Below are positions 10,049 to 20,000 of a stretch of DNA of 64,000 bases, in pieces; within the stretch, counting starts at the first letter, position 1; the number at the start of each line of letters is the position of its first letter. The notes beneath the pieces are model-generated. The model worked only from the letters and a program-made list of their open reading frames with translations, was not told where the DNA came from and did no database searches. The translations under genes were made by a program, and so were the position numbers. Source of the stretch: Clostridia bacterium (GTDB lineage Bacteria > Bacillota > Clostridia > Christensenellales > UBA1242); the NCBI GenBank assembly GCA_041670165.1, contig JBAXZR010000003.1:1-64000 (forward strand). The letters run 5' to 3'.

Positions 10049-10666
10049 ATGAGAAAAAATGCTAAGAAAAAGGGCAGCTTTGCTAAATTTTTATTTGGAT
10101 TTATAATTTTTTTAATTATAAGTTCAGTTTTGGTCTCTACAGCTTTGTCATTTTTAAATTATTCTACAAACCAAAAAGCCTTTGAAAACTTTGGATATTT
10201 TGATGAAAATGGTTTCATTAATGAACAATCAGAGCTTACAAATTTTAAATTTGGTTTTTCTTCATTTGACACAAATGGTTGTGGGTCAATAGCTTTGTAC
10301 AATGTTTTGAAACTTGCTAACAAAACCGAAACCTTGCCAAATATAATTAAACAAATGGATTTGTATGGTCAAAATGCTTTTGGATATTTAGGTACAAATC
10401 CAGTTTCAATGGTTTTCTATTTAAGAAGTAAAGGCATTGATGCGTCGATAACCTTTAACAAAAGTGAATTTAATTCTTTTGCATCAACTTCAAATGCTTC
10501 AATTTTTTGTTCTCTTTCTTTTTCTGGTGGTCATTATCAAGTTTTGCATTCAGAAAATGAAGGTGTTTTTCAAACATTGAATCCAAAGTCAAGCAAAACC
10601 ATGCAAGAACTTCTTGCTGAAACCGACACATCTTTTCTTCATTTTTTGATTTATACCAAGTTTTAA
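10049..10666 (+). CDS. Membrane-anchored papain-fold (C39-like) putative cysteine peptidase
   Basis: N-terminal TM helix. Motif NGCGSIALYNVLKL (Cys) and downstream GGHYQVL (His) resemble the Peptidase_C39_2 arrangement. Confidence 0.5.
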   Translation: MRKNAKKKGSFAKFLFGFIIFLIISSVLVSTALSFLNYSTNQKAFENFGYFDENGFINEQSELTNFKFGFSSFDTNGCGSIALYNVLKLANKTETLPNIIKQMDLYGQNAFGYLGTNPVSMVFYLRSKGIDASITFNKSEFNSFASTSNASIFCSLSFSGGHYQVLHSENEGVFQTLNPKSSKTMQELLAETDTSFLHFLIYTKF

Positions 10667-10750
10667 ATATATAATTTTTTAAATTTTAAAAAATTATCTT
10701 ATATAAATTATACTTTTTTCTTTTTTTTTACCCTTATTTTTTTCATTTAA

Positions 10751-11800
10751 TTATTTTGACCATTTTTTTATCTCTTTGAGAATATTTTCACAACCACTTG
10801 TTTTGGAAGCATTTTGCATTGAAAGAATCAGAGAGTCTTTGTTTTTAAACAGCTCTTCAATTTTTTCGACTAGTGTTTTTGATGTTAAATTTTCTTGTGG
10901 CAAAACATGAGCATAGTTATGTTTTTTAAAATCTTCAGCATTTTCAATTTGATCGCCTCGTGATGATGCTTTTGAAAGTGGAATGAGTAGCATGGGTTTT
11001 TTAAGTGCTAAAAGCTCAAAGATTGCATTTGAACCACTTCGACAAACAACAATATTTGCATATGCAAAAAAATCTTCAATGTGATTTGTGAATTCAATTT
11101 GATAAACTGAATCTTTGCTTATTTTTTCATCAATATTGCCTTTTCCTGTTATATGAATGATATTGTATTTTTTAATTATATTTGGTAAAGCTTCACGAAG
11201 AGAATTGTTAATTGCCTTTGCTCCAAGGCTTCCGCCAAAAACCAAAATGACAGGCTTTTTGTTTTTAAATCCACATTCTTTTTCTGCTTTATCAAGGCTT
11301 CCTTTAAACAAAGATTGCCTTATTGGTGAACCTGTGTAAACACCTTTTGAAGTTGAAAGGGCAGTTTGCTTGAAGCTTGTGCAAAGACATGAAGAAAACT
11401 TTAAACAAATTTTGTTAGCAAGCCCCAAAGAATAATCTGATTCATGGCTTACGACTGGTATTTTTAACATTTTAGAAGCAATTACAACTGGCACAGCAAC
11501 AAAACCGCCTTTAGAAAAAACACAAGCAGGTTTGATACTTTTTAAAATTTTTCTTGCTTGGAAAATACCTTTAAGCAATTTAAAAGGTATTAACAAGTTT
11601 TTTAAAGATAATCTTCTTTCTAGTTTAGCTGAAGTAATTTCATAAAAAGGAATGTTAGTTGTTTTTTTAACAAGTTCTTTTTCCATGCCGTTTGTTCCAA
11701 TGTAAAAAACATTATATTCTTTGTTTAAATATGGTAAAAGAGCAATGTTTGGCATTATATGTCCTGCTGTTCCTCCGCCTGTTAAAACAATATTTTTCAT
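10751..11800 (-). CDS. murG: UDP-N-acetylglucosamine--N-acetylmuramyl-(pentapeptide) pyrophosphoryl-undecaprenol N-acetylglucosamine transferase MurG
   Basis: N-terminus MKNIVLTGGGTAGHIMPNIAL and GT28 C-terminal domain. RBS gagagg. Confidence 0.9.
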   Translation of the reverse strand: MKNIVLTGGGTAGHIMPNIALLPYLNKEYNVFYIGTNGMEKELVKKTTNIPFYEITSAKLERRLSLKNLLIPFKLLKGIFQARKILKSIKPACVFSKGGFVAVPVVIASKMLKIPVVSHESDYSLGLANKICLKFSSCLCTSFKQTALSTSKGVYTGSPIRQSLFKGSLDKAEKECGFKNKKPVILVFGGSLGAKAINNSLREALPNIIKKYNIIHITGKGNIDEKISKDSVYQIEFTNHIEDFFAYANIVVCRSGSNAIFELLALKKPMLLIPLSKASSRGDQIENAEDFKKHNYAHVLPQENLTSKTLVEKIEELFKNKDSLILSMQNASKTSGCENILKEIKKWSK

Positions 11801-11883
11801 TTTTTTGCCTCTCTTGTTATGCTATGCAAAAATGAATTGTTAATGCATTTATAGCATAAAAATAAATCAATTTTTGTCCGTGG

Positions 11884-11911
11884 TTGACAAATTGGGGCAA
11901 TATGTTAAAAT
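11884..11911 (+). promoter_or_regulatory. Putative sigma-A promoter for gyrBA (TTGACA-16-TGtTAAAAT)
   Basis: Hexamers read directly ~80 nt upstream of gyrB. Confidence 0.4.
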
Positions 11912-11992
11912 TTAAAGAATCAATTAAAGCTCATTAGTGTTATGATTAACAAAAAATTAATTATAAGATTTCAACATGTATAGGAGAAAATA

Positions 11993-13951
11993 ATGCCAAA
12001 ATCATACGACTCAAAAGACATTGTGATACTTGAAGGACTAGATGCTGTTCGTTTGCGTCCCGGAATGTATATTGGAACAACTGGACAAAAGGGCATGCAC
12101 CATTTGCTTTGGGAAATTGTTGATAATTCAATCGATGAAATTTCAAATGGCTTTGGTGATAAAATAACTATTACACTTCACTCAGATGGAAGTGCTAGTG
12201 TTGAAGATAATGGCAGGGGAATTCCTGTTGATATTCACCCAGTTCTTAAAAAATCTGGTGTTGAAGTTGTTTTTACAAAGCTTCACGCAGGTGGAAAATT
12301 TGATAACGGAAATTACAATTTTTCAGGTGGTTTACATGGTGTTGGTGCTTCGGTCGCCAATGCACTTTCTAGTTGGCTTAAAGTTACAGTTTTAAGAAAT
12401 GGTAAAAAATATTTCATGGAATTTGAAAGCACTGAAGATTCTAAGGGTAAAATTCACAGTGGAATTCCAAAATCTCCGCTAGAAGAAATTGGAACAAGCA
12501 CCACGACTGGAACAATTGTAAGATTTATGCCTGATGAACGAGTTTTTAAAGATGCAGAATTTTCTTTTGATATCATTTCAAGACGCCTTAAAGAACTTGC
12601 ATTTTTAAACAAAGGCATCAACCTCATTTTTATTGATGAAAAAAATAATCAAAGAATTGATTATTATTATAAAGGTGGAATTGCTGATTTCACTGCTTAC
12701 TTAAACGAAGGCAAAAACAAAATGTATGAACCAGTTGTTTTTGTGAGTGGACAATCTCAAAGGCTTCTACTTGAACTTGCTTTTCAACACACTGATTCAT
12801 TTACTGAAAACATTTTTTCATATGTTAACAACATTCCAACAACAGAGGGTGGAACACATGAAACAGGATTAAAATCCGCTTTGACAAAAGTGTTTAATGA
12901 TGTTGCCAGAAAACTTGGATTACTTAAAGATAAAGAAGATAATCTTTTAGGTGAGGATTTTAGGGAAGGTATCACTCTTGTCCTGTCAATTAAAATGCAA
13001 GAATGTCAATTTGAAGGTCAAACAAAAACAAAGCTTGGAAATCCTGAAGCAAAAATTGAAGTTGAAAACATTGTGTCAGTTGCACTTGCTAAATTTTTAG
13101 ATGGCAAAGACAAAACAAAAATTATTGAATCAATCATTACAAAAGCAAAGGGTGCTGCAAAAGTTCGTGAAGCTTCCAAAAAAGCAAAAGACTTGGCTCG
13201 ACAAAGAAACAGTGTTGACAATTATAATCTTGTTGGAAAATTGTCGGCTTGTTCAAGTAGAAAAAGTGAACTATGCGAAATGTTTATTGTTGAGGGAGAT
13301 AGTGCGGGTGGAAGTGCAAAACAGGCAAGGGACAGAACTTTTCAAGCAATTCTTCCACTCAAAGGTAAACCTCTTAATGCTGAGAAAAAAAGATTGGATC
13401 AAGTGCTTGCAAATGAAGAAATAAGAACAATTATTTCAGCTCTAGAAACAAGCATTGGTGAAGACTTTAATGCAAGTTATCTTAGATATGATAAAATTAT
13501 TATTTTGTCCGATGCCGATCAAGATGGAGCACATATCAGGGCAATACTTTTAACATTTTTCTTTAGATACATGCGTGAATTAATTAATTCTGGACATGTT
13601 TACATTGGTTTGCCACCACTTTACAAGGTTTATCGAAAAGATACTGTTTTATATGTATATTCAGATGCTGAACTTCCTGAAGCAATACAAAAAATTGGTA
13701 AGGGATATGCAATTCAAAGATATAAAGGTCTCGGAGAAATGAATCCTGAACAACTTTGGGAAACAACCATGGATCCACAGAAACGCACTCTTGTTCAAGT
13801 TACAATTGATGATGCTGCTGATGCTGAAAGAATGATTACAACTCTTATGGGTGATGATATTGACTCAAGAAAAGAATATATTTCCCAGCACGCAAATTTC
13901 AATAGAAAAGATGACTTTCTTGAAAAAATAAAATTTGAAGAAAACGCATAA
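11993..13951 (+). CDS. gyrB: DNA gyrase subunit B (type IIA topoisomerase B subunit)
   Basis: GHKL ATPase motif HHLLWEIVDNSIDE (W and SIDE favour GyrB over ParE), TOPRIM motifs EGDSAGG and DADQDGAHI. 652 aa. Confidence 0.85.
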   Translation: MPKSYDSKDIVILEGLDAVRLRPGMYIGTTGQKGMHHLLWEIVDNSIDEISNGFGDKITITLHSDGSASVEDNGRGIPVDIHPVLKKSGVEVVFTKLHAGGKFDNGNYNFSGGLHGVGASVANALSSWLKVTVLRNGKKYFMEFESTEDSKGKIHSGIPKSPLEEIGTSTTTGTIVRFMPDERVFKDAEFSFDIISRRLKELAFLNKGINLIFIDEKNNQRIDYYYKGGIADFTAYLNEGKNKMYEPVVFVSGQSQRLLLELAFQHTDSFTENIFSYVNNIPTTEGGTHETGLKSALTKVFNDVARKLGLLKDKEDNLLGEDFREGITLVLSIKMQECQFEGQTKTKLGNPEAKIEVENIVSVALAKFLDGKDKTKIIESIITKAKGAAKVREASKKAKDLARQRNSVDNYNLVGKLSACSSRKSELCEMFIVEGDSAGGSAKQARDRTFQAILPLKGKPLNAEKKRLDQVLANEEIRTIISALETSIGEDFNASYLRYDKIIILSDADQDGAHIRAILLTFFFRYMRELINSGHVYIGLPPLYKVYRKDTVLYVYSDAELPEAIQKIGKGYAIQRYKGLGEMNPEQLWETTMDPQKRTLVQVTIDDAADAERMITTLMGDDIDSRKEYISQHANFNRKDDFLEKIKFEENA

Positions 13952-13975
13952 TAAATTTTTTAGTAGGAGAAACTG

Positions 13976-16690
13976 ATGGACAATCACGACAACGAAAAAA
14001 AGACAAAGCAAGAGAAAGAATTGCCAACTCAATTTTCTATTGAAGACTTGAGAAGACAAATTGATCAAACAATCAAAGAAACTTCAAATATGATTAAAGA
14101 TCATAAAACTCTTGAAGAACTTGAAACTGGCAAGTCTATTCCAAAGCCAAAGATTTCTAAGCCAAAAGCTGAGCAAATTTCTGGCGATGTTTTTGCTGAA
14201 AAAAATGAAAGCGAAAAAGTTTTTATTTCTAAAGAAGAAAACAAAGTTTCAACTGAGCCTAAAAAACAAAGATTTTCAGATAAGATTGAAATTAAATATG
14301 GTATCGCAATAAAAAGCCTTGAACAAGTTCTTCATGAATCAATGATTCCATACACAGAACATGTTGTTATGGAGAGAGCTCTCCCAAGAGTTGAAGATGG
14401 ACTTAAACCCGTTCAAAGGCGTATACTTTTCACAATGCTTGAACTTAATCTTGAACCAGACAAGGCATTTCGTAAATCAGCTCGTATTGTTGGTGATTGC
14501 ATGGGTAAATATCACCCACATGGCGACAGCAGTGTTTACGATGCAATGGTAAGAATGGCACAAGATTACAACATGGGTGCAACTCTTGTTCACGGACATG
14601 GTAACTTTGGTTCAATTGATGGCGACTCGGCGGCGGCTATGAGATATACAGAAGCAAAATTGACACCACTTGCCATGGAAATTTTAAGAGATTTAGAAAA
14701 AAATACTGTTCCTTGGCAATTGAATTTTGATGATACCATCAAAGAACCTATGCTTTTGCCAGCAAAATTCCCAAATCTTCTAGTTAATGGTGCAAATGGT
14801 ATTGCAGTTGGTGTTGCAACAAACATTCCTACTCACAATCTCTCAGAAGTGATTGATGGTGTAGTTTCGTATATCGCAAATCCTGACATTACCCTTGAAT
14901 CTATGATGAGAATTATTCCTGCACCAGATTTTCCTACAGGTGGAACAATTATTGCAGGTGAAGAACTTGAACAAGCATATAGAACAGGAAAGGGTAGAAT
15001 TGTTGAAAGAGCAAATTTTCACATTGAAAATCAAGGTGATAAGCTTTGCATTGTTATAACAGAAATGCCTTATCAAACAAACAAGGCTCAACTTCTTCAA
15101 AAAATTGCAGAACTTGAACAAGAGGGCAAGGGTGCACTTTCTCAAATTCAAGAAATTCGTGATGAATCTGATCGCAACGGAATGAGAGCGGTTATTAGGC
15201 TTAAAAAAGAATGTGATGTTAAAGCAGTTGTTGAAAGCTTGCTTAAGTACACGGGTTTGCAAACTTCTTTTGCAATCAATATGGTTGCAATTGCTGATGG
15301 AAAGCCAAGACAGATGGGATTAATTGAGCTCATTTCTTATTACACAGAATTTCAAAGAGGTGTTGTCCTTTCTCGTAGCAAATTCGATTTGAACGAAGCA
15401 ACAACAAGAGCTCATATCATTCAAGGACTTATCATCGCAATTAAAAATATTGATGAAGTTATTGCCATAATTAAAAGCTCTTCAAGTGTTTTTGAAGCAA
15501 AACAAAATCTTAAGTCAAGATTTATACTTTCTGAAGCACAAGCTCAAGCAATTTTGGATATGAGACTTGCAAGACTTACTAATCTTGAAGTAAAAAAACT
15601 TGAAGAAGAATTTGATGATTTGCAAATAAAAATTGCACATTTAAAAGAAATTGTTGCAAGCAAAAGAATGCAACTTAACATTGTCAGAGAAGAACTGCTT
15701 GAAATCAAAAAGAAATTTGGCGAAAAAAGAAAAAGTAAAATTGTGTATTCTTTTGACCTTGATGAAAGTATTGAGTCTGGCGAAAGTACTGTTGAAAGTA
15801 AACCTATTTATCTTGGAATCACAGCTCTTGGAACAATTAAAAAAATGCAACCAAAAAGTTATACTATGGCTCAAAGAGAACTTTGTGAAGGAAGCGACCT
15901 TTCAGAAATTCATTTGGCAATTTTGGACACAACAACAGATTCAAATGTTTATGTTTTTACAAAATTAGGTTTATGTTTAAAACTCAATTTTGAAAAATTA
16001 AATGATATGAAATGGCGTGATAAAGGTGTTTCATTAAAAGATTTGGATTCTTCAGTAACGGGCGAAGATATTGCAGTGTCATTTGTGACAATTGCTGATG
16101 AAGATTTGCAGAAAAACATTGTTTTCCTTACTCATAATGGACTTATTAAAAAGAGTCCTGTAAGTGAATATCAAATGAAAAAATCTTGCATTCAAGCAAT
16201 TAAATTGAAAAAAGATGATTATGTTCTTGATGTATCTTTAGAAAAAAGTGGATTTGATGCCTTAATTGTTTCTTCTGGTGGTATGGCTGTTCGTTTTGAA
16301 ACGGCTGATGTGCCACTTCAAAACAGAGTTTCTTCCGGAGTTAAAGCAATTACACTTGAGCAAAAAGAAACATGCATTTTTGGAAGTTTAGCTGATAATG
16401 ACACAAATGTTGCACTTCTCACAAACAGGGCTTTTGCCAAAAAATTTGCAGTAAGTGAACTAGAAAAAATGACCCGTGGAAGAAAAGGAAGCAGGGTGAT
16501 TAAATTTGAAGATAATGGAACGAGTTTAATTTTTGCTTGTAAAGCGGATAACAATCACTCACTTGCAATGCAATCAGCTGGCAAATTTGAAGGAAGAGAA
16601 TTTTCAAAAATAGCTTTTGAATCAAGGCTTTCAAAAGGCAAGCAAATTTCTAGAGAAAAAATTGTTTCATCTTTTGTTTTTTCAAAATAA
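13976..16690 (+). CDS. gyrA: DNA gyrase subunit A with a ~100-aa Lys/Glu-rich N-terminal extension
   Basis: ALPRVEDGLKPVQRR, YHPHGDSSVYDAMVRMAQD, GNFGSIDGDSAAAMRYTE (GyrA-type rather than ParC-type). 24-nt gap after gyrB. RBS aggag. Confidence 0.8.
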   Translation: MDNHDNEKKTKQEKELPTQFSIEDLRRQIDQTIKETSNMIKDHKTLEELETGKSIPKPKISKPKAEQISGDVFAEKNESEKVFISKEENKVSTEPKKQRFSDKIEIKYGIAIKSLEQVLHESMIPYTEHVVMERALPRVEDGLKPVQRRILFTMLELNLEPDKAFRKSARIVGDCMGKYHPHGDSSVYDAMVRMAQDYNMGATLVHGHGNFGSIDGDSAAAMRYTEAKLTPLAMEILRDLEKNTVPWQLNFDDTIKEPMLLPAKFPNLLVNGANGIAVGVATNIPTHNLSEVIDGVVSYIANPDITLESMMRIIPAPDFPTGGTIIAGEELEQAYRTGKGRIVERANFHIENQGDKLCIVITEMPYQTNKAQLLQKIAELEQEGKGALSQIQEIRDESDRNGMRAVIRLKKECDVKAVVESLLKYTGLQTSFAINMVAIADGKPRQMGLIELISYYTEFQRGVVLSRSKFDLNEATTRAHIIQGLIIAIKNIDEVIAIIKSSSSVFEAKQNLKSRFILSEAQAQAILDMRLARLTNLEVKKLEEEFDDLQIKIAHLKEIVASKRMQLNIVREELLEIKKKFGEKRKSKIVYSFDLDESIESGESTVESKPIYLGITALGTIKKMQPKSYTMAQRELCEGSDLSEIHLAILDTTTDSNVYVFTKLGLCLKLNFEKLNDMKWRDKGVSLKDLDSSVTGEDIAVSFVTIADEDLQKNIVFLTHNGLIKKSPVSEYQMKKSCIQAIKLKKDDYVLDVSLEKSGFDALIVSSGGMAVRFETADVPLQNRVSSGVKAITLEQKETCIFGSLADNDTNVALLTNRAFAKKFAVSELEKMTRGRKGSRVIKFEDNGTSLIFACKADNNHSLAMQSAGKFEGREFSKIAFESRLSKGKQISREKIVSSFVFSK

Positions 16691-16945
16691 AAAGTTTTAA
16701 AAATGATTTTAAGACGATATTTACTTTAATTAGTATTATCGTTTTTTTTATTATTTTTTACTGCAACTAATTTATACAAGAATCAAAGTCACATCTAAAC
16801 AAAGTTTTTATGAAAAACACTTTTTTATTATTAAAAGCAAATATATGACTTGATTGTATTTTTGTGAATATTAATCGCTCAAAAGAAGCATGATAAATTT
16901 TATCTAAATAAATCTAAAAATATAATAGAAAATGTCGAAAATTGT

Positions 16946-16974
16946 TTGACATACCAATTTGTTTTTGATAATAT
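16946..16974 (+). promoter_or_regulatory. Putative sigma-A promoter (TTGACA-17-TGaTAATAT) for the BspA-like surface protein gene
   Basis: Near-consensus hexamers ~75 nt upstream of ATG 17048. Confidence 0.45.
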
Positions 16975-17047
16975 TTGTTTAGAAAAATAGAAATAATTTT
17001 ATTTTCCATGCAAAAACAAGCCATTTTGCATCATAAAGGAGATTTGT

Positions 17048-20000
17048 ATGAAGATACGAATGAAAATTGCGTCAACAATCATGAGTATGTGCCTTGCACT
17101 TATGGTTATGGGTTTTGCCGTTTGGGCTGCTTCAACACAAACAATGCCTGTTACAAACACGGTGGATTTCACATCTATCCATGTTTTGTCAACTGTTACT
17201 GGAACTGTTACAGGAGCAAAGACTGATACTTTTACAAATTATGGTCCAGTTTCAACCCTTGCTGGTGACCCTGAAGGCAAACTTGGAACATGGGCAATTG
17301 GTTCAGCAATGGAGTTTGCTAATGAAACAGAGCCTGTTGTTATAACATTAACTGTTGTAAACAACTCAGATGAACGATCACTTAGCTTTGAGCTTAGTGG
17401 TGAATCTTATGGTGCATTCAACGGAACAAATCTTGGCGACACAAACATTGACAGAACTTGCGTTTATTCAATAGATAATGCGACTCCAATTACAAATGCA
17501 ACTTACACAAGTGGAGCAATTAATGTTGAAGCACTAAAAACTGCAACAATTGTTATGACACTTGACATTTCTGACAATGGAAAAAGTGTTACAGCTTTTG
17601 ACAATAGTTTTTCTACGACTCTTAGAAACATTGGAGAATCAGCTCCTGTTGAAGGTTTTTCATTTGACACTGGAAGTGGAGAAATTGCAACTCTTTCAAC
17701 AAGTGAACCTCTTTTAGAAGAAAACATTCCTGAACTTTTTGTTGAAGGACAACCAGCATTTTATGGATTGTATTCCGATTCTGACTTCACACAAGAAATT
17801 GAATTTCCATATTCAGGAAGTTCCACAATTTTTGCAAAATTTGGAAATCCAACTGACATGGTTTTTACAGATATTGGAAACAATGAATATTCTGTGTCAA
17901 AAAGTGGAACCCCAACAGGTACTCTTGTCATTCCAAAAAAATACAACTGGAAATCAGTAACTACAATTCCAAATTCTGCTTTTTATGGTTGTTCTGAAAT
18001 TACTAATATTATAGTTCCTGATTCAATTACAAGCTTTGGATCAACAGCTTTTTATGGTACAACATGGCTTAACAATCAACCATCTGGAGTGGTTATATAT
18101 CTAGGAAAAGTTGTTTATGGTGCTCTTGGTTCATTAAACAATACTTCAGTAACTATTGCTGAAGGAACAAGAGTAATTGCTGCAAATGCTTTTTTTGGCA
18201 AATCAACAATGACTAGTGTAACAATACCAGAAAGTGTTATCAGTATTGGAAATGATGCTTTTCATGGTTGCTACAATTTGACAAGTATTTCAATTCCAGG
18301 TTCTGCAGTTTATCTTGGAACAAATGTGCTTACTGGTTGCAGTGCGCTTACTTCTTTATCTGCGCCTTTTGTTGCTCCTTATTCGGCAACAACTAACAGT
18401 TATTACAAATATTATTTTGGCGGTACTTCATACAATTCTTCAATTACATTGCCAAATATATCAACTGTTACAATAACTAATGATGCTACAGACATTAGTG
18501 ATTACGCATTTTGGAACATCAGTACAATGATTACTGCTAATATTCCAGAAAGTGTAACAACAATCGGATATAGCACCTTTTCAAACTGTTCTAATCTTCA
18601 AAATATTACATTTCCAAATGGGCTTACAACAATTGGTACTACTGCATTTTCGAGTTGCTTGGATCTAGTTAATTTGGTTATTCCAGACAGTGTTACAAAT
18701 ATTGGAAATTTTGCATTTAATAATACTGCTTGGTATAATAGCAAACCAAATTCAACATTAATTTATGCAGGAAAAGTTGCTTACAAATACAAGGGATCAA
18801 TGCCTACAAACACAAATTTAACTCTAATTGAAGGCACAAAAGGCATTGCTTGTTCTGCTTTTGAAAGTTTTATAAATTTAAAAAGTATAACTATAAACAG
18901 TACTGTTGAATATATTGGTGAGTTGGCATTTAAAGGTTGCACAGGACTTACTGGTGTAACTATACCAAGTTCAGTTAGTATAATTGGTGGCTCTGCTTTT
19001 GAAGGTTGCACAGGACTTACTAGTGTAACAACATCTGAAGGACTTACAAAAATTGGTTATATGGCATTTACTGGTTGCTCAAATATAACTTCAATTTCTT
19101 TACCTAATACTCTTACTGAGATTGAAGGTTCAGCTTTCCAAAGTTGCACAAAACTTAGTACCATTACAATTGCAAGTAGCATAAGCAAAGTTGGAAGTTT
19201 GGCTTTTAATAACACTTTGTGGTACACAAATCAACCTGATGGTATGGTTTATGTTGGCACTGTTGCATACTCATATAAGGGATTAATGCCAGCAAGCACA
19301 ACAATTAATTTGCGTAGTGACACAACATGCTTGACTGACAATTTGTTTGATAACATGGGTGGACTTGTTGCCATAACTTTGCCAGAAACATTAACTTATA
19401 TTGGTACAGGTGCTTTTGATACATGCAGAAATTTAACAAGCATTACAATTCCAAAAAATGTTTCATATATTGGTATCACAAATTTTAATTTTTCTGAAAA
19501 TATGACTTCAATTTCTGTAGATCCATTAAATACAACTTATAAATCAGTTGATGGAGTCCTTTATAATTTTGAAGTAACACAACTTATTGCATGTCCAGCT
19601 GGAAAAACAGGAACATTAACTATTCCTAGCACAGTTAAGGATATTCTGGTTTTCTCTGTGGAATATTGTGAAAAATTAACTTCAATAGTAATTCCAGCAA
19701 GTGTTGAAACAATTGCAAATATGACAGTGGACAACTATCACAGAGGAATTGGAGAAAATAGCTTGCTCCAAAGCATAATTGTTGATGCAAACAATCAATA
19801 TTTCAAATCTATTGATGGAGTTTTATTCAATAAATTGGGAACTGATTTGCTATATTTTCCAACTGCAAAAGCTGGTTCAAGTTACACAATTCCTGATGGA
19901 GTAACAAAGGTTGAACAACAAGCTTTTGAAAATGTTTCATTTACAGAATTACATATTCCTGCATCTGTTACAACATTTAAGGCTTTTGAATTTGACACTC

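Noticed and set aside
14590-15333. Minus-strand ORFs inside gyrA (78, 139, 61 aa) and other antisense ORFs (for example 52980-53648 in pyk, 45628-46343 in comM, 33960-34436, 27076-27504)
   Set aside because: They overlap strongly supported genes on the opposite strand. Translations are low complexity.
11993-16690. Alternative assignment of the topoisomerase pair as ParE/ParC (topoisomerase IV)
   Set aside because: HHLLWEIVDNSIDE in the B subunit and MVRMAQD / GNFGSIDGDSAAAMRYTE in the A subunit match the gyrase-specific variants. The absence of a clear GyrA box is noted as a finding rather than taken as evidence for ParC.
16975-17345. Overlapping 83-aa ORFs at the start of the BspA-like gene
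   Set aside because: Alternative frames of the same region. The 1135-aa frame has the RBS, the signal peptide and the continuous repeat structure.
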